This document shows positions 46,692 to 57,018 of a stretch of 64,000 nucleotides of DNA, in pieces. The DNA lies in NCBI GenBank assembly GCA_963727525.1, contig CAVSGO010000007.1:1152001-1216000 (forward strand). Reading direction: 5' to 3'. The first letter of the stretch is position 1, and each line of letters begins with the position of its first letter. The translations under genes and the position numbers were made by a program. Source of the stretch: an uncultured bacterium. Lineage in GTDB: Bacteria; Krumholzibacteriota; Krumholzibacteriia; LZORAL124-64-63. Under the pieces are notes generated by a model. That model was not told the DNA's origin, made no database searches, and was given only the letters and a program-made list of their open reading frames with translations.

Positions 46692-48803
46692 ATGCCGCAC
46701 CGACCGCCCGACACCTCTGGTTCGCCACCCGCCGCCGCCACCGCCGTGCGCGCCCTGACGTGGTTCGGCGTGCTCAGCATCCTGATTCTCGGGGCTGCGC
46801 TGGCCCACCACTCGCTGTCGGATCGAGACATATTCCTGCACGATCGCGCGGGGCGCGACATCCTGGCGGGCGAGGGCGTGCCGGCGACCAACGCCTATTC
46901 GTTCACGGCGCCGGATCAGCGCTGGGTGGACCACGAGTGGCTGTTCCAGACGCTCGTCGCCGCCGTGGCGGGGGGCGCCGACCTCGTCGCGCGGGCGCCG
47001 GCCTGGAACGCGTTGCGCATCGCGCTCGCCGTCGCCCTCGTCACCGTGCTCGTGCTGGGCGATGCCTGGCGCCGGCGGCGTGCGCCAGCGGGCTGGCTGT
47101 TGCTGCCGGCGGCCGTCTCCCTGGGCATGCTGTGGACACGCCTCACGCTGCGTCCCGAGCTGCTGAGCTACCTCTTCCTCGTCCTGGTGTGGCACGCGGT
47201 GGAAGGCGCCACGGGCGCACCCGGCACCGCGCGCTGGCGCGACATGTTCGATCCGCGGCGCCCGGCCGGTCGTGCCGTGCTGCTCACACTGGTGTGGGCG
47301 CAGTGCCACGGCTTCTACGCGCTGGCGGCCCTCGTCTGGCTCCTCGTCGGACTCACGGCGCCACGCGCGGCAGCGGGCCGGATCTCGCCGCGCCGTCTCG
47401 CCCTCGCCGGTGGCGCCCTCGCGCTCCTGGCCGGACTCGCCACGCCGTCGCTCGTGCAGGGCCTGCTCTACCCGCTGCGGGCCCTGACCCAGTTCACGCG
47501 CCCCGGTCCGCAACTGACATCGCTCGTCAGCGAACTCGTGCCCCTGCTGCGCTCGCCGGACAGCCTCGCCTGGACGATCCGCGTCACGCTTTTCAGCTAC
47601 GTCTGGGGTGCAATATGGGTGGTGGCCACGTGGGGCCGCGTGCCGCGCGGACGCGTGCTCTTCTGGCTGGTCGCCGCCGTCGCGGCGTGGCAGACGCAGC
47701 GCAACCTCGCGCTGTACGCAGTGGCCTTCATGCTGCTGCACACGGGACTCGACGGCCCTCCGGCGTGGTTCGCGCGACGGGTTCGTGCAACCTGGCGACC
47801 GGCCGCGGCGGCGGCGGCCGCGCTGCTCGCACTCGCCGTCGTCGGGCTCTGGTTGCCGGCCCTGACGAGCAACCGGTTCTACCTCGCGGAAGGCGTCGCG
47901 CGGCGCTGGGGCGGCGGCGTGACGCCGACCAATTACCCCTTCGCGCAGGCGGCACGGCTGGGCGGCGAGCTGCGCCTCGCCAACACCATCGACGCCGCAT
48001 CCACGCTCATCGACGCCACGGCCGGCCGCGTGTGCATCGACGGCCGCACCGAGGCCTATCCCGCGTCCGCGTGGCGCGACTACGCCACCCTCAAGGATGG
48101 CGGCGCCGATGCCCTCGCGCAGCTGCGAACGTGGCGCGCCGATCGCGTGGTCATCGCACATCGCAGCACCGCGGCCGACCGCCTGCTCCGCACGTTGTTG
48201 CAAGCGCCAGACTGGCACCTCGTCGATGCCGACGACGCCGGCGTTCTCTTCGCCCCCGGCGCCGACGACACGAACGCGACAGCCGCGAACCGCGCGCTCC
48301 TGCGCGCGCGTAGCGACGCCTTCGCCGCCACGTTGCCCACCTCGGCGTCCGTGCGCGCCGCCGATCGCTGCGCAGCGTGGGCCGGTCTGCTCGACGCGGC
48401 GGATCTCGGCACCGAGGCAGCCGCTCTGCTACGGCGCGGCCAGGCGCTCGCACCCGACCACCCCGCCATCCTGCACAATCTCGGCAACCATCTGATGGCC
48501 GCGGGCGACCTCGGCGGGGCCCGCACCCTCTTCCTGCGCGCCGCGCGCATCAACCCGCGCGCGGCGGGCGCGCTGGTGAATGCCGGAGTGTGCGCATTCC
48601 GACTCGGCGACCAGCGCGGTGCGGCCACTACCCTGCGCAAGGCCACCCGCGTGGATCCGCGGCGCTTCGAGGCCTGGGCGAACCTGGCCGAGGTGCGGCG
48701 CGCGGTCGGCGACATCGGCGGCGCGGCCACCGCCTACAGGAAGGCCCTGGCGCTGCGCGATGATCCGCGTCTGCGCGCCAGGGCCCGGTCGCTTGGCCAG
48801 TGA
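46692..48803 (+). CDS. polytopic membrane protein (GT-C-like) with C-terminal TPRs
   Basis: DIFLH..AG.....P.TNAYSFT...WVDHEWLFQ, LRPELLS, WAQCHG, IDGRTEAY; C-terminal TPRs. Confidence 0.65.
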   Translation: MPHRPPDTSGSPPAAATAVRALTWFGVLSILILGAALAHHSLSDRDIFLHDRAGRDILAGEGVPATNAYSFTAPDQRWVDHEWLFQTLVAAVAGGADLVARAPAWNALRIALAVALVTVLVLGDAWRRRRAPAGWLLLPAAVSLGMLWTRLTLRPELLSYLFLVLVWHAVEGATGAPGTARWRDMFDPRRPAGRAVLLTLVWAQCHGFYALAALVWLLVGLTAPRAAAGRISPRRLALAGGALALLAGLATPSLVQGLLYPLRALTQFTRPGPQLTSLVSELVPLLRSPDSLAWTIRVTLFSYVWGAIWVVATWGRVPRGRVLFWLVAAVAAWQTQRNLALYAVAFMLLHTGLDGPPAWFARRVRATWRPAAAAAAALLALAVVGLWLPALTSNRFYLAEGVARRWGGGVTPTNYPFAQAARLGGELRLANTIDAASTLIDATAGRVCIDGRTEAYPASAWRDYATLKDGGADALAQLRTWRADRVVIAHRSTAADRLLRTLLQAPDWHLVDADDAGVLFAPGADDTNATAANRALLRARSDAFAATLPTSASVRAADRCAAWAGLLDAADLGTEAAALLRRGQALAPDHPAILHNLGNHLMAAGDLGGARTLFLRAARINPRAAGALVNAGVCAFRLGDQRGAATTLRKATRVDPRRFEAWANLAEVRRAVGDIGGAATAYRKALALRDDPRLRARARSLGQ

Positions 48804-48810
48804 TGCCCGG

Positions 48811-50229
48811 CTAGGAGGACACCTGCACCGTGTAGGTGACCGTCTTCTCGCCATCCTTCGGCACGTCGACGACGAACTCGAGCGCCTGCGCGCTGAGCTT
48901 CTGGAACGGCTGCGAACTCTCCAGCACCTCCCAATCGCCGCCCACCATCTCCTGCACGTGCACCGACACGGCCTCATCCTTGTGGTTGCGCAGGGTGATC
49001 GCGAACGTCGAACGGCTCACGGTGTCGGCGACCTTGCGAAAGTCCTTCTGCACACGCGTGGCCACCACGTCGAAGGCCTTGCCCACCTCGAGGTTCACAC
49101 GCTCGTCCTTCGGCGTGTGGTCGATGCGGTCCTCGCCCAGAAGTTGACGGCTGCCGCTCTGCGCCTCGCCATAGACCCGCACGACGCCCGCCGGCATGGG
49201 CAGACCGAGGTGGTTGTCCTGGCGGTTCTCGAAGGCGTAGGTCACCGTCACGTCCTGCGGCATCTCGCCCCAGCCGCCGCGCCTGAAGAACTGCCCCTGC
49301 GCCCGCGTCGTGTATTGCTTGGTCACCGTCACGCCGTCCGCGTCGAAGAGCGACACCTGCTTGGTCTGGTTGTCCTTGAGCGTCGTGGGCCAGTTCACCG
49401 TGTAGAGGTGGTAGTCGTAGAGCGCCTCCTCGGTGACGGCGCGGGCCTCGTCAGCCATCGCGTACACCTGCCCCTTCATCGCGATGGGCGGCCGGGCGGC
49501 CTGATGGATGTCGCCGGCGACGAGCATGAGCTTGGCGTCGTCGTAGGTGGCGCCGCTGCGATTGTCGACCGACACCCACGCCTGCAGACTCGCCTGGTCG
49601 CCCTTCGGCGTGAGCTGCAGAATGTAGTCCGCGGCCCAGCTCAGGCCACCGGTGAGATAGGATGCATCGATCTCGGCATCGCCGGCGCGCTTGGCCTCCG
49701 CACGCCACACGAGGGTGGGGCGGGCGCGTAGATCCGCGGGCAGCGATGGCAGCACGATGCGGCCGGGCATGTCGAAGACGATCTCACCATTCACCGCGTA
49801 CACCGGCCCGTTGGCCATGCCCAGCAGCTTGCCCGTGATGCGACCGCCGGTCTCCTGCTGCCAGGCGACGTCATGGCCCACGTACTTCTCCATGATCTTC
49901 TCGCGCGACATCAGATCGAACTCGTAGTTCTGCTCGAGCACGGACAAGCCCGTCTTGCCGCCGATCGCGAGCACCAGCGTCTTGGGTTGGATCTGCGACG
50001 GCACGCCCTGGAACTCGAGAGCGACAGCGCCGGCGGGCACCGCGACCCGACGCACCTCGCGCACAAGCCCGAGGTTCTGGTTGTAGACTGTCAGCTCGAG
50101 CTGGGTGCGCTGCGTGGGTTCGGACACCACGGTGGCCGGTGCGTCACCAGCCGCGCCGGCGGGCGCATCGGCCGCCAGCATCGCCCCGGACAGCGCCGCA
50201 AGCGTGAGGATTCGCAAGCGGTTGGACAT
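48811..50229 (-). CDS. DUF4139/DUF4140-type secreted protein
   Basis: LTVYNQNLGLVREVR, VLEQNYEFDL, SYLTGGLSWAADY, LGLPMPAGVVRVY, GEDRIDHTPK. Confidence 0.8.
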   Translation of the reverse strand: MSNRLRILTLAALSGAMLAADAPAGAAGDAPATVVSEPTQRTQLELTVYNQNLGLVREVRRVAVPAGAVALEFQGVPSQIQPKTLVLAIGGKTGLSVLEQNYEFDLMSREKIMEKYVGHDVAWQQETGGRITGKLLGMANGPVYAVNGEIVFDMPGRIVLPSLPADLRARPTLVWRAEAKRAGDAEIDASYLTGGLSWAADYILQLTPKGDQASLQAWVSVDNRSGATYDDAKLMLVAGDIHQAARPPIAMKGQVYAMADEARAVTEEALYDYHLYTVNWPTTLKDNQTKQVSLFDADGVTVTKQYTTRAQGQFFRRGGWGEMPQDVTVTYAFENRQDNHLGLPMPAGVVRVYGEAQSGSRQLLGEDRIDHTPKDERVNLEVGKAFDVVATRVQKDFRKVADTVSRSTFAITLRNHKDEAVSVHVQEMVGGDWEVLESSQPFQKLSAQALEFVVDVPKDGEKTVTYTVQVSS

Positions 50230-50341
50230 ATCGTCACTCCTTGTTCAGGTCATGCAGTCAACGCTAAAGAGGCGCCCCGGCGGGACGATCCCTCCCATAA
50301 CACATCAGCGGGCCGGAAAGTGCCACGACGCGGAGGCATAC

Positions 50342-50725
50342 ATGCTGGGAACCGTCATCATCGCGGACGATGCACCTTTCATGCGGGCCATGTTGCGCGG
50401 GATCGTGACCGACCTCGGGCTGGAGGTCGCCGGCGAAGCCTCCGACGGCGCCGAGGCCGTGGCGCTCTACCGGCAACACGCCCCCACCCTCGCCCTGATC
50501 GATCTCACGATGCCCGGCGTCGATGGTGTCGAGGCCGTGCGACAGATCGTGGCTCATGACCCCGCCGCCGCACTCGTCATGGTGTCGGCGCTCGGACAGA
50601 AGGACGCCGTGCTCGCGGCGGTCAAGGCCGGCGCGCTCGACTTCATCATCAAGCCGTTCGAAGCCGACCGGGTCGAGGCCACCTTGCAGAAGATCCTCGG
50701 TCGCTTGCCCGTGACCGTGGCCTAG
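50342..50725 (+). CDS. stand-alone CheY-like response regulator
   Basis: ADDAPFMR, DLTMP..DG, VSALGQ, DFIIKPF. Confidence 0.9.
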   Translation: MLGTVIIADDAPFMRAMLRGIVTDLGLEVAGEASDGAEAVALYRQHAPTLALIDLTMPGVDGVEAVRQIVAHDPAAALVMVSALGQKDAVLAAVKAGALDFIIKPFEADRVEATLQKILGRLPVTVA

Positions 50726-51510
50726 CTCAGCAACACGAGCGCGACCACGCCCAGGGGCAGACAGTACAGCGCGAACTTCCAGAAGTGGCGCTGCACCACT
50801 GCCAGCGCCGTCCAGCGGATCGCGAGCAACCCCACGACGAACGCCGTGAAGGCGGCGAGTGCGAGCCCCGTCGCGCCCACGCGCGAGGTAAGGTTGCCGT
50901 CCATGAGTTGCAGCACCAGCGCCCCGGCAATCGCCGGCACGGCGAGCAGGAAGCTGAAGCGCGCCGCCTCCGCCCGGGCCAGACCCAGCCACAGCGACGC
51001 CGCGATCGTGGATCCCGAGCGGCTCACGCCGGGACAGATGGCCACGGCCTGCGCACAACCCACGAGCAGCGCCCTGCCCAGGGTGGGCGGCCGCGGCTCC
51101 CAGATCCCCGCCAGCTCCGTGGCCTGATCCCGCGCGGCACGCGTGGACAGCAGCACCAGGCCGGTGAAGATGAGCCCTCCGGCCGCGAACACCGGTGCGC
51201 CGAACAGCCCTTCGACCGTGTCCTTGAGTGCGAGCCCCACGATCACCGCCGGAACCGTGCCCACTGCCAGAGCCATGAGGTACTGGATGGCTGGACGGTC
51301 GAAGCGCAGCAAGCGCAGGATTTCGCGCCGGTACACCACGAGCACCGAGACCAGCGTGCCGCAGTGCAGCACCACGTCGAGAAAGAAATCGTCCGCCGAT
51401 GCGCCGAACAAATGCTGCAAGAGCACGAGGTGTCCGGAACTGCTGACGGGAAGAAACTCGGTCAGACCCTGCACGATGGCGAGGATCAGCGACTCCAGCA
51501 ACGGGGACAT
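50722..51510 (-). CDS. uppP: undecaprenyl-diphosphate phosphatase
   Basis: VQGLTEFLPVSSSGHL, PGVSRSGSTI, AARFSFLL. Confidence 0.96.
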   Translation of the reverse strand: MSPLLESLILAIVQGLTEFLPVSSSGHLVLLQHLFGASADDFFLDVVLHCGTLVSVLVVYRREILRLLRFDRPAIQYLMALAVGTVPAVIVGLALKDTVEGLFGAPVFAAGGLIFTGLVLLSTRAARDQATELAGIWEPRPPTLGRALLVGCAQAVAICPGVSRSGSTIAASLWLGLARAEAARFSFLLAVPAIAGALVLQLMDGNLTSRVGATGLALAAFTAFVVGLLAIRWTALAVVQRHFWKFALYCLPLGVVALVLLS

Positions 51511-51527
51511 GGTTTCTCCTGGGACGC

Positions 51528-52409
51528 TCAGGCGTTCTCGCGCGCGAGGCGCGCGAGCCGGTAGTGGTGGCGCGCCTCAGGCGTGCTGCCGAGGGCGTCG
51601 TATGTGAGGGCGAGTTGATACTGCAGGCGGCTATCCTCGGGGAACGCCGCCTCGGCGGCCTGCAGCGCGGTGAGCGCTTCGGGAAAGCGCGTGAGCTTGT
51701 GCAGGCAGGTGCCGCGATAGAACTGGGCTCGCGTGAGCTGGGGCGCCTGCCGCAGCACACGATCGAAGCGTTCGAGGGCGTCGCCATAGCAGCCCTGACG
51801 TAGCAGACACATGCCCGCGTAATAGCTTCCGCGCGCGTCGGAAGGATCGGCGGCCACGGCCTTCTCGAAACAGTTGAGCGCCCGATCGAGCATGCCGGCC
51901 CGCAGATGCACCATCCCGAGCCCGTGGTAGGCATCACGATCCGGCTTGCTCGCGATCGCGGCCTCGAACGCGCGCACCGCCTCGTCGGTGCGCCCTTCCT
52001 CCGCGTACAGCGCGCCGAGGTTGTAATACGTCTCCGCCGATGCATCCTCGTGGAAGATCGCCTTGCGGTAGGCGCGCACCGCGTCGTCGCTGCGTCCGCG
52101 ACGGTCGAGGGTGACGCCAAGATTGGTCAACAACGCGCCGCTGGTGGGATTGACCGCGAGCCCGTCGCGGAACCAGCGCTCCGCGTCTTCGAGGTCGCCC
52201 GCCTTCAGGCACACGCAGCCGAGGCGGTAGTACCAGTCCCAGTGTCCGCTCTCCTGGACGACCGCGCGCCGGTAGGCGCGGACAGCCTCGGCCCAGTCGC
52301 GCTTCAGCTCGGCATCGCGACCGGCCTGGTACCACGCGGCGGCATCGGGTTGGGCTTCGGGTTGGGCGCACATGGGCGGTATGGTAGTCGAGGCGGGTCG
52401 GTCGGTCAA
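51528..52409 (-). CDS. cytoplasmic tetratricopeptide repeat protein
   Basis: About 7-8 canonical TPRs (YYRLG, LTNLG, YYNLG, YHGLG). TTG start overlaps the upstream stop; ATG 52373 is an alternative. Confidence 0.85.
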   Translation of the reverse strand: MTDRPASTTIPPMCAQPEAQPDAAAWYQAGRDAELKRDWAEAVRAYRRAVVQESGHWDWYYRLGCVCLKAGDLEDAERWFRDGLAVNPTSGALLTNLGVTLDRRGRSDDAVRAYRKAIFHEDASAETYYNLGALYAEEGRTDEAVRAFEAAIASKPDRDAYHGLGMVHLRAGMLDRALNCFEKAVAADPSDARGSYYAGMCLLRQGCYGDALERFDRVLRQAPQLTRAQFYRGTCLHKLTRFPEALTALQAAEAAFPEDSRLQYQLALTYDALGSTPEARHHYRLARLARENA

Positions 52410-53188
52410 CGATCCTCGATGTGCACCTCGAGCAGGATCCGCGTCTCGCCGCTCGTTCCCAGGGCGCTACGCGGAATGCGGACCGGGACCACCAGCGCCA
52501 CCGGCGCATCGGACCGCGGGCCATCCTCGTGGTAGCCGGGCGTGTGCGGGGTTCCCGGCACGGGTGGCGAGGAGTCGAATCCGGCCGGGCTGCCGTCGGG
52601 GCCGGGAACCGGGCTCTGGGCGGCGAGCTGCTGCTGCAGGATCTGCCCGATGGTGAGGCTCAGGATGGCCTTGAGCGCCTCACGCACCCCCTCGCCGTTG
52701 GTCACGTCCGCCGGGAACGACAGCAAGCCCCACGGATTGAGCAGGCTCTCGAGGCGGTCCACCGGCAGCACCGCGGCGGCATCGCGGTTGTTGTACTGCA
52801 GCACCACCGGCACCGACATGAGATCGCGGTTCCAGGTATCGAGGAAGCCCTTCAGCGCCTCCATGGCACTGAGCGCCTGGTCGAGCTCGTCGGGGCCCGA
52901 ACTGCAAGCGAAGACGATCCCATCGAAGGGCGGACGCTGTGTCGGCGCCAGCGCCAGGTTCTCGCGCCCCACGTCCACGGCCTGGACGAAGACCTGCCAG
53001 TCGCCCTGCTGGCCATTGCGCAGCATGAAGGCGATCTGGCGACTCGAGTCCTCCGTGGCGACGGCCAGCCGGTGCTCCGGGGGGAGCGATTGCTGGATTC
53101 GCGCCAGGGTCTGTCGCTTTCCGACGCCTGCCGGACCATAGTACAGGATCCGGCAAGATCGTGTGGCCGTATGCTGGGCAGTGAGCAC
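52406..53188 (-). CDS. MglA-like small GTPase, degenerate
   Basis: ILYYGPAGVGKR, DGIVF, PVVLQYNNRD, GEGVREAL align with MglA. GTG 53188 has CGGAGG upstream and lies downstream of the sigma54 promoter. Confidence 0.75.
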   Translation of the reverse strand: MLTAQHTATRSCRILYYGPAGVGKRQTLARIQQSLPPEHRLAVATEDSSRQIAFMLRNGQQGDWQVFVQAVDVGRENLALAPTQRPPFDGIVFACSSGPDELDQALSAMEALKGFLDTWNRDLMSVPVVLQYNNRDAAAVLPVDRLESLLNPWGLLSFPADVTNGEGVREALKAILSLTIGQILQQQLAAQSPVPGPDGSPAGFDSSPPVPGTPHTPGYHEDGPRSDAPVALVVPVRIPRSALGTSGETRILLEVHIEDR

Positions 53189-53232
53189 CTTGCGCCTCCG
53201 TCGCGAACCATCGCTTGTGAGCAACACCTGGC

Positions 53233-53248
53233 AGCAACATCCGTGCCA
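53233..53248 (-). promoter_or_regulatory. sigma54 (-24/-12) promoter
   Basis: TGGCACG-GATG-TTGCT matches TGGCACG-N4-TTGCW exactly. Confidence 0.75.
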
Positions 53249-53500
53249 TTCGAATGGTCATTGAAGCGACTCCTGGGCAACGGGTTACGTCGTCCGCCGA
53301 TACGGACCCGGCAAAATGCACCCTGGAGGCGCCCCGGCAGCGGGGACTTCGCCATGGCATTGCGGAAGGCCCCGCGGCGAGTTCCTGAAGTTTCTGCTCA
53401 GTCCCGATGGGTGAGGCAAGGATCTTGCTGTCCCACCGCGAGATCAGGCGGTACGCGCCGCCACCGCACCACGGGACGGACCCCCATACGGGAGCGAACG

Positions 53501-53941
53501 ATGGCCAGCAATACCCCGCAGATCCTCAAAACGATGTTCTCCCGGCTGCTGAACGTGGAGGTCGAACCGGCGCTCGCCGCCAAGCTGAGCGCGGTCATCG
53601 ACAGCGTGACCGAGCGGGTGGGCAACAACTTCGACCTCGAGACGGTCCAGGGCCAGAACACGTTCCGGGCACTGCTGTGCTCGATGGTCGTTCACGGCTG
53701 GGGCAACGGGATGCATCCCTTCCACAACCCTGAGAACGACCTCGAAGGCCAGCCCATCGAGGTGCGGGTGAGTAAGGACATCCTGATGCAGATGGCTGAT
53801 CTGCAGTCGCTGCGGTACGTGAAGAAGGATGCGGAAGGGCGGGTCAGGAAGGCCCTCTTCGAACCCGATCAGAACACCCGGATCCGCCAGCAGATCGACG
53901 ACATCCTCGGCGAGATCAGTGCGACCAAGTGGTCCGAATAG
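53501..53941 (+). CDS. hypothetical cytoplasmic protein (146 aa)
   Basis: GGGAG RBS, ATG 53501, typical GC3-rich codon usage, terminator hairpin follows. Confidence 0.7.
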   Translation: MASNTPQILKTMFSRLLNVEVEPALAAKLSAVIDSVTERVGNNFDLETVQGQNTFRALLCSMVVHGWGNGMHPFHNPENDLEGQPIEVRVSKDILMQMADLQSLRYVKKDAEGRVRKALFEPDQNTRIRQQIDDILGEISATKWSE

Positions 53942-53951
53942 GTCGCCCATG

Positions 53952-53990
53952 GACGACGCGCGACCAGGGGGCCCCCGATCGCGCGTCGTC
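53952..53990. terminator. probable bidirectional hairpin between convergent genes
   Basis: gacgacgcgcga ... tcgcgcgtcgtc perfect 12-bp arms. Confidence 0.6.
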
Positions 53991-53998
53991 TTGAAGAT

Positions 53999-54553
53999 CT
54001 AGAAGAGTTTCTGGCCCTCGGCGAGGATCTCGTTCAGCGCGTCCTTGAAGTACGTCGTGCCGCTGGCGGCCTCGGCCCCCACTTTCTCCTTGTACAGCTC
54101 CCACGATTTCTTGATCTCCGGCCCCAGGACCTCGAGCAGATTGCCGTCGGCCAGGGCGCGATCGCGCGCCTCGCGGTTGTACACGACGATATCCGAGACG
54201 AGCGCCCGGGCGAGCATCTCGGTCTTGTCGCGACGCCGTCGGGCCGTCGACCGCGTAGGCGCTTCCGCCACGGCCACGGCCGGTTCGGTACGCGCTGCGG
54301 CGGGACGCGGCGCCGGTGTCGCCGGCGCGGTGGGCGCCTCGACGGGCGACGTGAAGTTCTCGAAGCTCTCGAGGCTCTCGAGCCCCGTCACGGCGGCTGC
54401 CGGACGCGGCGAGGGCGCAGCGGTCTCCGGCGCCGTACCATCGAGGGTGAAGACGGTCTTGCAGTTCGGACAGCGTACGCGCACCTTGCGCCGGGGCACC
54501 TTGTCGTCGTTCAGGCGGTACCGCACGCGGCAACCGGTGCAGGTGGTGATCAT
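53999..54553 (-). CDS. MJ0042-type zinc-ribbon protein with a helical C-terminal domain
   Basis: MITTCTGCRVRYRL.DDKVP...VRVRCPNCKTVF, Pro/Ala linker, LARALVSDIVVYN domain. Confidence 0.82.
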   Translation of the reverse strand: MITTCTGCRVRYRLNDDKVPRRKVRVRCPNCKTVFTLDGTAPETAAPSPRPAAAVTGLESLESFENFTSPVEAPTAPATPAPRPAAARTEPAVAVAEAPTRSTARRRRDKTEMLARALVSDIVVYNREARDRALADGNLLEVLGPEIKKSWELYKEKVGAEAASGTTYFKDALNEILAEGQKLF

Positions 54554-54642
54554 GGCCAGAATCCTCTCCTCTCAGGTTCAGCGCTCCAGGAACACGTGAG
54601 GATCTTCGGCCGCTACCTGTCGATCTTTAATCCTGAATAGCC

Positions 54643-56724
54643 TCACCCGGCCGCCACGGGCACCAGCTTGCCGTAAGCCAGCTGGAGCTGGCGATGCAGG
54701 GGCGCCACGGCGGGCGCCTCCAGATGGGGATCCCCGGCCAGCAGGGCGCGCGCATCCTCGGCGCAGGCGCGCGCGAGGTCGCCGTCGCGTAGCGGGTTGG
54801 CCAGGCGGAAGCCCGGCACGCCGTGCTGACGCTCGCCCCAGAGGTCGCCCGGACCACGCAGGCGCAGGTCCTCCTCGGCCAGTTCGAAGCCGTCGGTGGT
54901 GCGCGCGAAGAACTGCAGACGATGCCACGTGGCCTCGGCGAGGTGGTCGTCGGCCATGAGCCAGCACCACGACGCGCCGCCGCCGCGGCCGATGCGCCCG
55001 CGCAGCTGGTGGAGCTGCGCCAGGCCGAAGCGCTCCGGATGGTGGATCACCATCCAGGCGGCGTTCGGCACATCGACCCCGACCTCCACCACCGTGGTGG
55101 CCACCAGCACGTCGATCTCGTTGGCAGCGAAGGCGGTCATCGCCGCCTCCTTCTCGCGCGGCTTGAGCCGGCCGTGCACCAATCCCACGCGCTGGGATCG
55201 GAAGGCGCCGGACGCGAGGTTCGCGGCCTCGCTCACGGCGGCCTTGATGTCGAGCGTCTCGCTCTCCTCCACCACGGGATAGATCACGTAGCCCTGGCGC
55301 CCAGCCTGCACGAGGTCGCGGCACTGCGCGTACACGCGCGTTTCGGCTCCCGCGTTCACGACCTGCGTGTCCACGGGCTGGCGGCCGGCGGGCATCTCGT
55401 CGAGGAGCGAGAGATCGAGATCGCCGTACAGCGTGAGTGCGAGGCTACGCGGGATGGGAGTGGCGCTCATCACGAGCAGGTGCGCGGGCACCTCGCCGTC
55501 GCCGCGCGCCGTGCGCCCGCGCTGCCGTACGCCGAAACGATGCTGCTCGTCGACGATGGCCAGGCCCAGGTTCGGCAATTGCACCTGGTCCTGGATCACG
55601 GCGTGCGTACCCACGAGCAGATCCACCTCGCCCTGGTTCGCGGCGCGGATGCGGCGGCGGCGCTCGGCAGCGGGCAGGGAACCGGTGAGCACCTCCACCG
55701 ATACGTTCAGTGGCGCGGCCAGGCGCTGCAATGTGCGGCCGTGCTGCTGCGCAAGCACCTCGGTGGGCGCCATGAGCAGGGCCTGGTATCCCTGCTCGAT
55801 CACGAAGAGCGCCGCGATGAGCGCCACCAGCGTCTTGCCCGACCCCACGTCGCCCTGCAGGAGACGGTGCATGGCGCGGCCCCGCCGCAGGTCAGCCAGG
55901 ATCTCGGCCAGCACGCGACGCTGGCCGCCGGTGAGCGCGAAGGGCAGCGCTGCCACGAGACGCGTGGTGAGGTCGCCCGGCTTCTCCAGCGCGATGCCGG
56001 GCTGGTCGACCTGCGCGCCGCGCCGCAGAGCCATGATGAGCTGGATGGCGAGCAGCTCGTCGTACACCAGACGGCGGCGGGCGGCGTCGTGCTGGGCTTG
56101 GTCGTCGGGGAAGTGGATGCCGCGCAGTGCGGTGCGCAGATCCACGAAACCGCGCCGGCGGCGCAGGGCGTCGGGCAGGTGATCGACCACCTGGGGTGCA
56201 AGGTCGGTGAGCGTTTGGTGTACCAGGCGGCGCAGCCAGTGCTGACCGATGCCCGCGGTGAGCGGGTACACCGGCACCAGCCGACCGGTGTGGAGCTGCT
56301 CGTTCTCGGCCTCGAGCACCTCCCAATCGGGATGGGTGAGCTGGCGACGGCCGCCGTGCACCTGCACCAGGCCGCTGAGCATCACCTTCTGGCCGCTGCG
56401 CAGTTGCTTGAGGAGCTGGCGCTGGTTGAACCAGACGCAGAAGATCACCCCGCTGTCGTCGGCCACGGTGACCGTCTGCAGGCTGCCGCCGCGCCGCGTG
56501 CGCCGGTCCCCGCAGGTGAGCACTTCGCCCAGGATCGTGGCTTCCTCTCCCACGCGGAGACTGCGAATGGGGATGGCGGTCGTGCGGTCGAAGAACCGCC
56601 GCGGGTAGTGCCGGAGCACGTCGGCGGCCGTCTCCAGGCCCAGGCGCGCCAGGGCAACGGATCGCACTGGACCCACCGTGCGCAGGTACTGGACCGGGCT
56701 GTCGAGGGAGAGCGGCGGTTTCAT
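54643..56724 (-). CDS. recG: ATP-dependent DNA helicase RecG
   Basis: [62 protein letters not shown]. Confidence 0.98.
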   Translation of the reverse strand: MKPPLSLDSPVQYLRTVGPVRSVALARLGLETAADVLRHYPRRFFDRTTAIPIRSLRVGEEATILGEVLTCGDRRTRRGGSLQTVTVADDSGVIFCVWFNQRQLLKQLRSGQKVMLSGLVQVHGGRRQLTHPDWEVLEAENEQLHTGRLVPVYPLTAGIGQHWLRRLVHQTLTDLAPQVVDHLPDALRRRRGFVDLRTALRGIHFPDDQAQHDAARRRLVYDELLAIQLIMALRRGAQVDQPGIALEKPGDLTTRLVAALPFALTGGQRRVLAEILADLRRGRAMHRLLQGDVGSGKTLVALIAALFVIEQGYQALLMAPTEVLAQQHGRTLQRLAAPLNVSVEVLTGSLPAAERRRRIRAANQGEVDLLVGTHAVIQDQVQLPNLGLAIVDEQHRFGVRQRGRTARGDGEVPAHLLVMSATPIPRSLALTLYGDLDLSLLDEMPAGRQPVDTQVVNAGAETRVYAQCRDLVQAGRQGYVIYPVVEESETLDIKAAVSEAANLASGAFRSQRVGLVHGRLKPREKEAAMTAFAANEIDVLVATTVVEVGVDVPNAAWMVIHHPERFGLAQLHQLRGRIGRGGGASWCWLMADDHLAEATWHRLQFFARTTDGFELAEEDLRLRGPGDLWGERQHGVPGFRLANPLRDGDLARACAEDARALLAGDPHLEAPAVAPLHRQLQLAYGKLVPVAAG

Positions 56725-56750
56725 GGGCCATCCGATTGCGGGAAAAGACC

Positions 56751-56779
56751 TTGCCGTCCAGGCGTCCGCATGTTAAATT
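56751..56779 (+). promoter_or_regulatory. putative sigma70-type promoter of rpmB
   Basis: TTGCCG-N17-TAAATT with a TG extension. Confidence 0.6.
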
Positions 56780-56816
56780 CCCCGGCCCTGGAATTCAATG
56801 CCCATCGGAGGGTGTC

Positions 56817-57008
56817 ATGAGCCGCAAGTGCTCCGTCTGCGACAAGGGTCCACAGTACGGTAACCGGGTCAGCCACGCGCATAATCTGACCCGGCACCGC
56901 TGGATGCCGAACCTTCAGAAGATCAAGTTCGAGCAGGGCGGCAAGGTCGTCCGCGGGTACGTGTGCACACGATGCATCCGCGCCGGCACCGTCAAGAAGG
57001 TCGTCTGA
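56817..57008 (+). CDS. rpmB: 50S ribosomal protein L28 (zinc-binding C+ form)
   Basis: [34 protein letters not shown]...CTRCIR. Confidence 0.96.
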   Translation: MSRKCSVCDKGPQYGNRVSHAHNLTRHRWMPNLQKIKFEQGGKVVRGYVCTRCIRAGTVKKVV

Positions 57009-57018
57009 GTCCCCTGCG

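Noticed and set aside
53380-53412. Second sigma28-like promoter (tgaagttt...cccgatgg)
   Set aside because: The spacer is 2 nt too short and the -10 match is weak.
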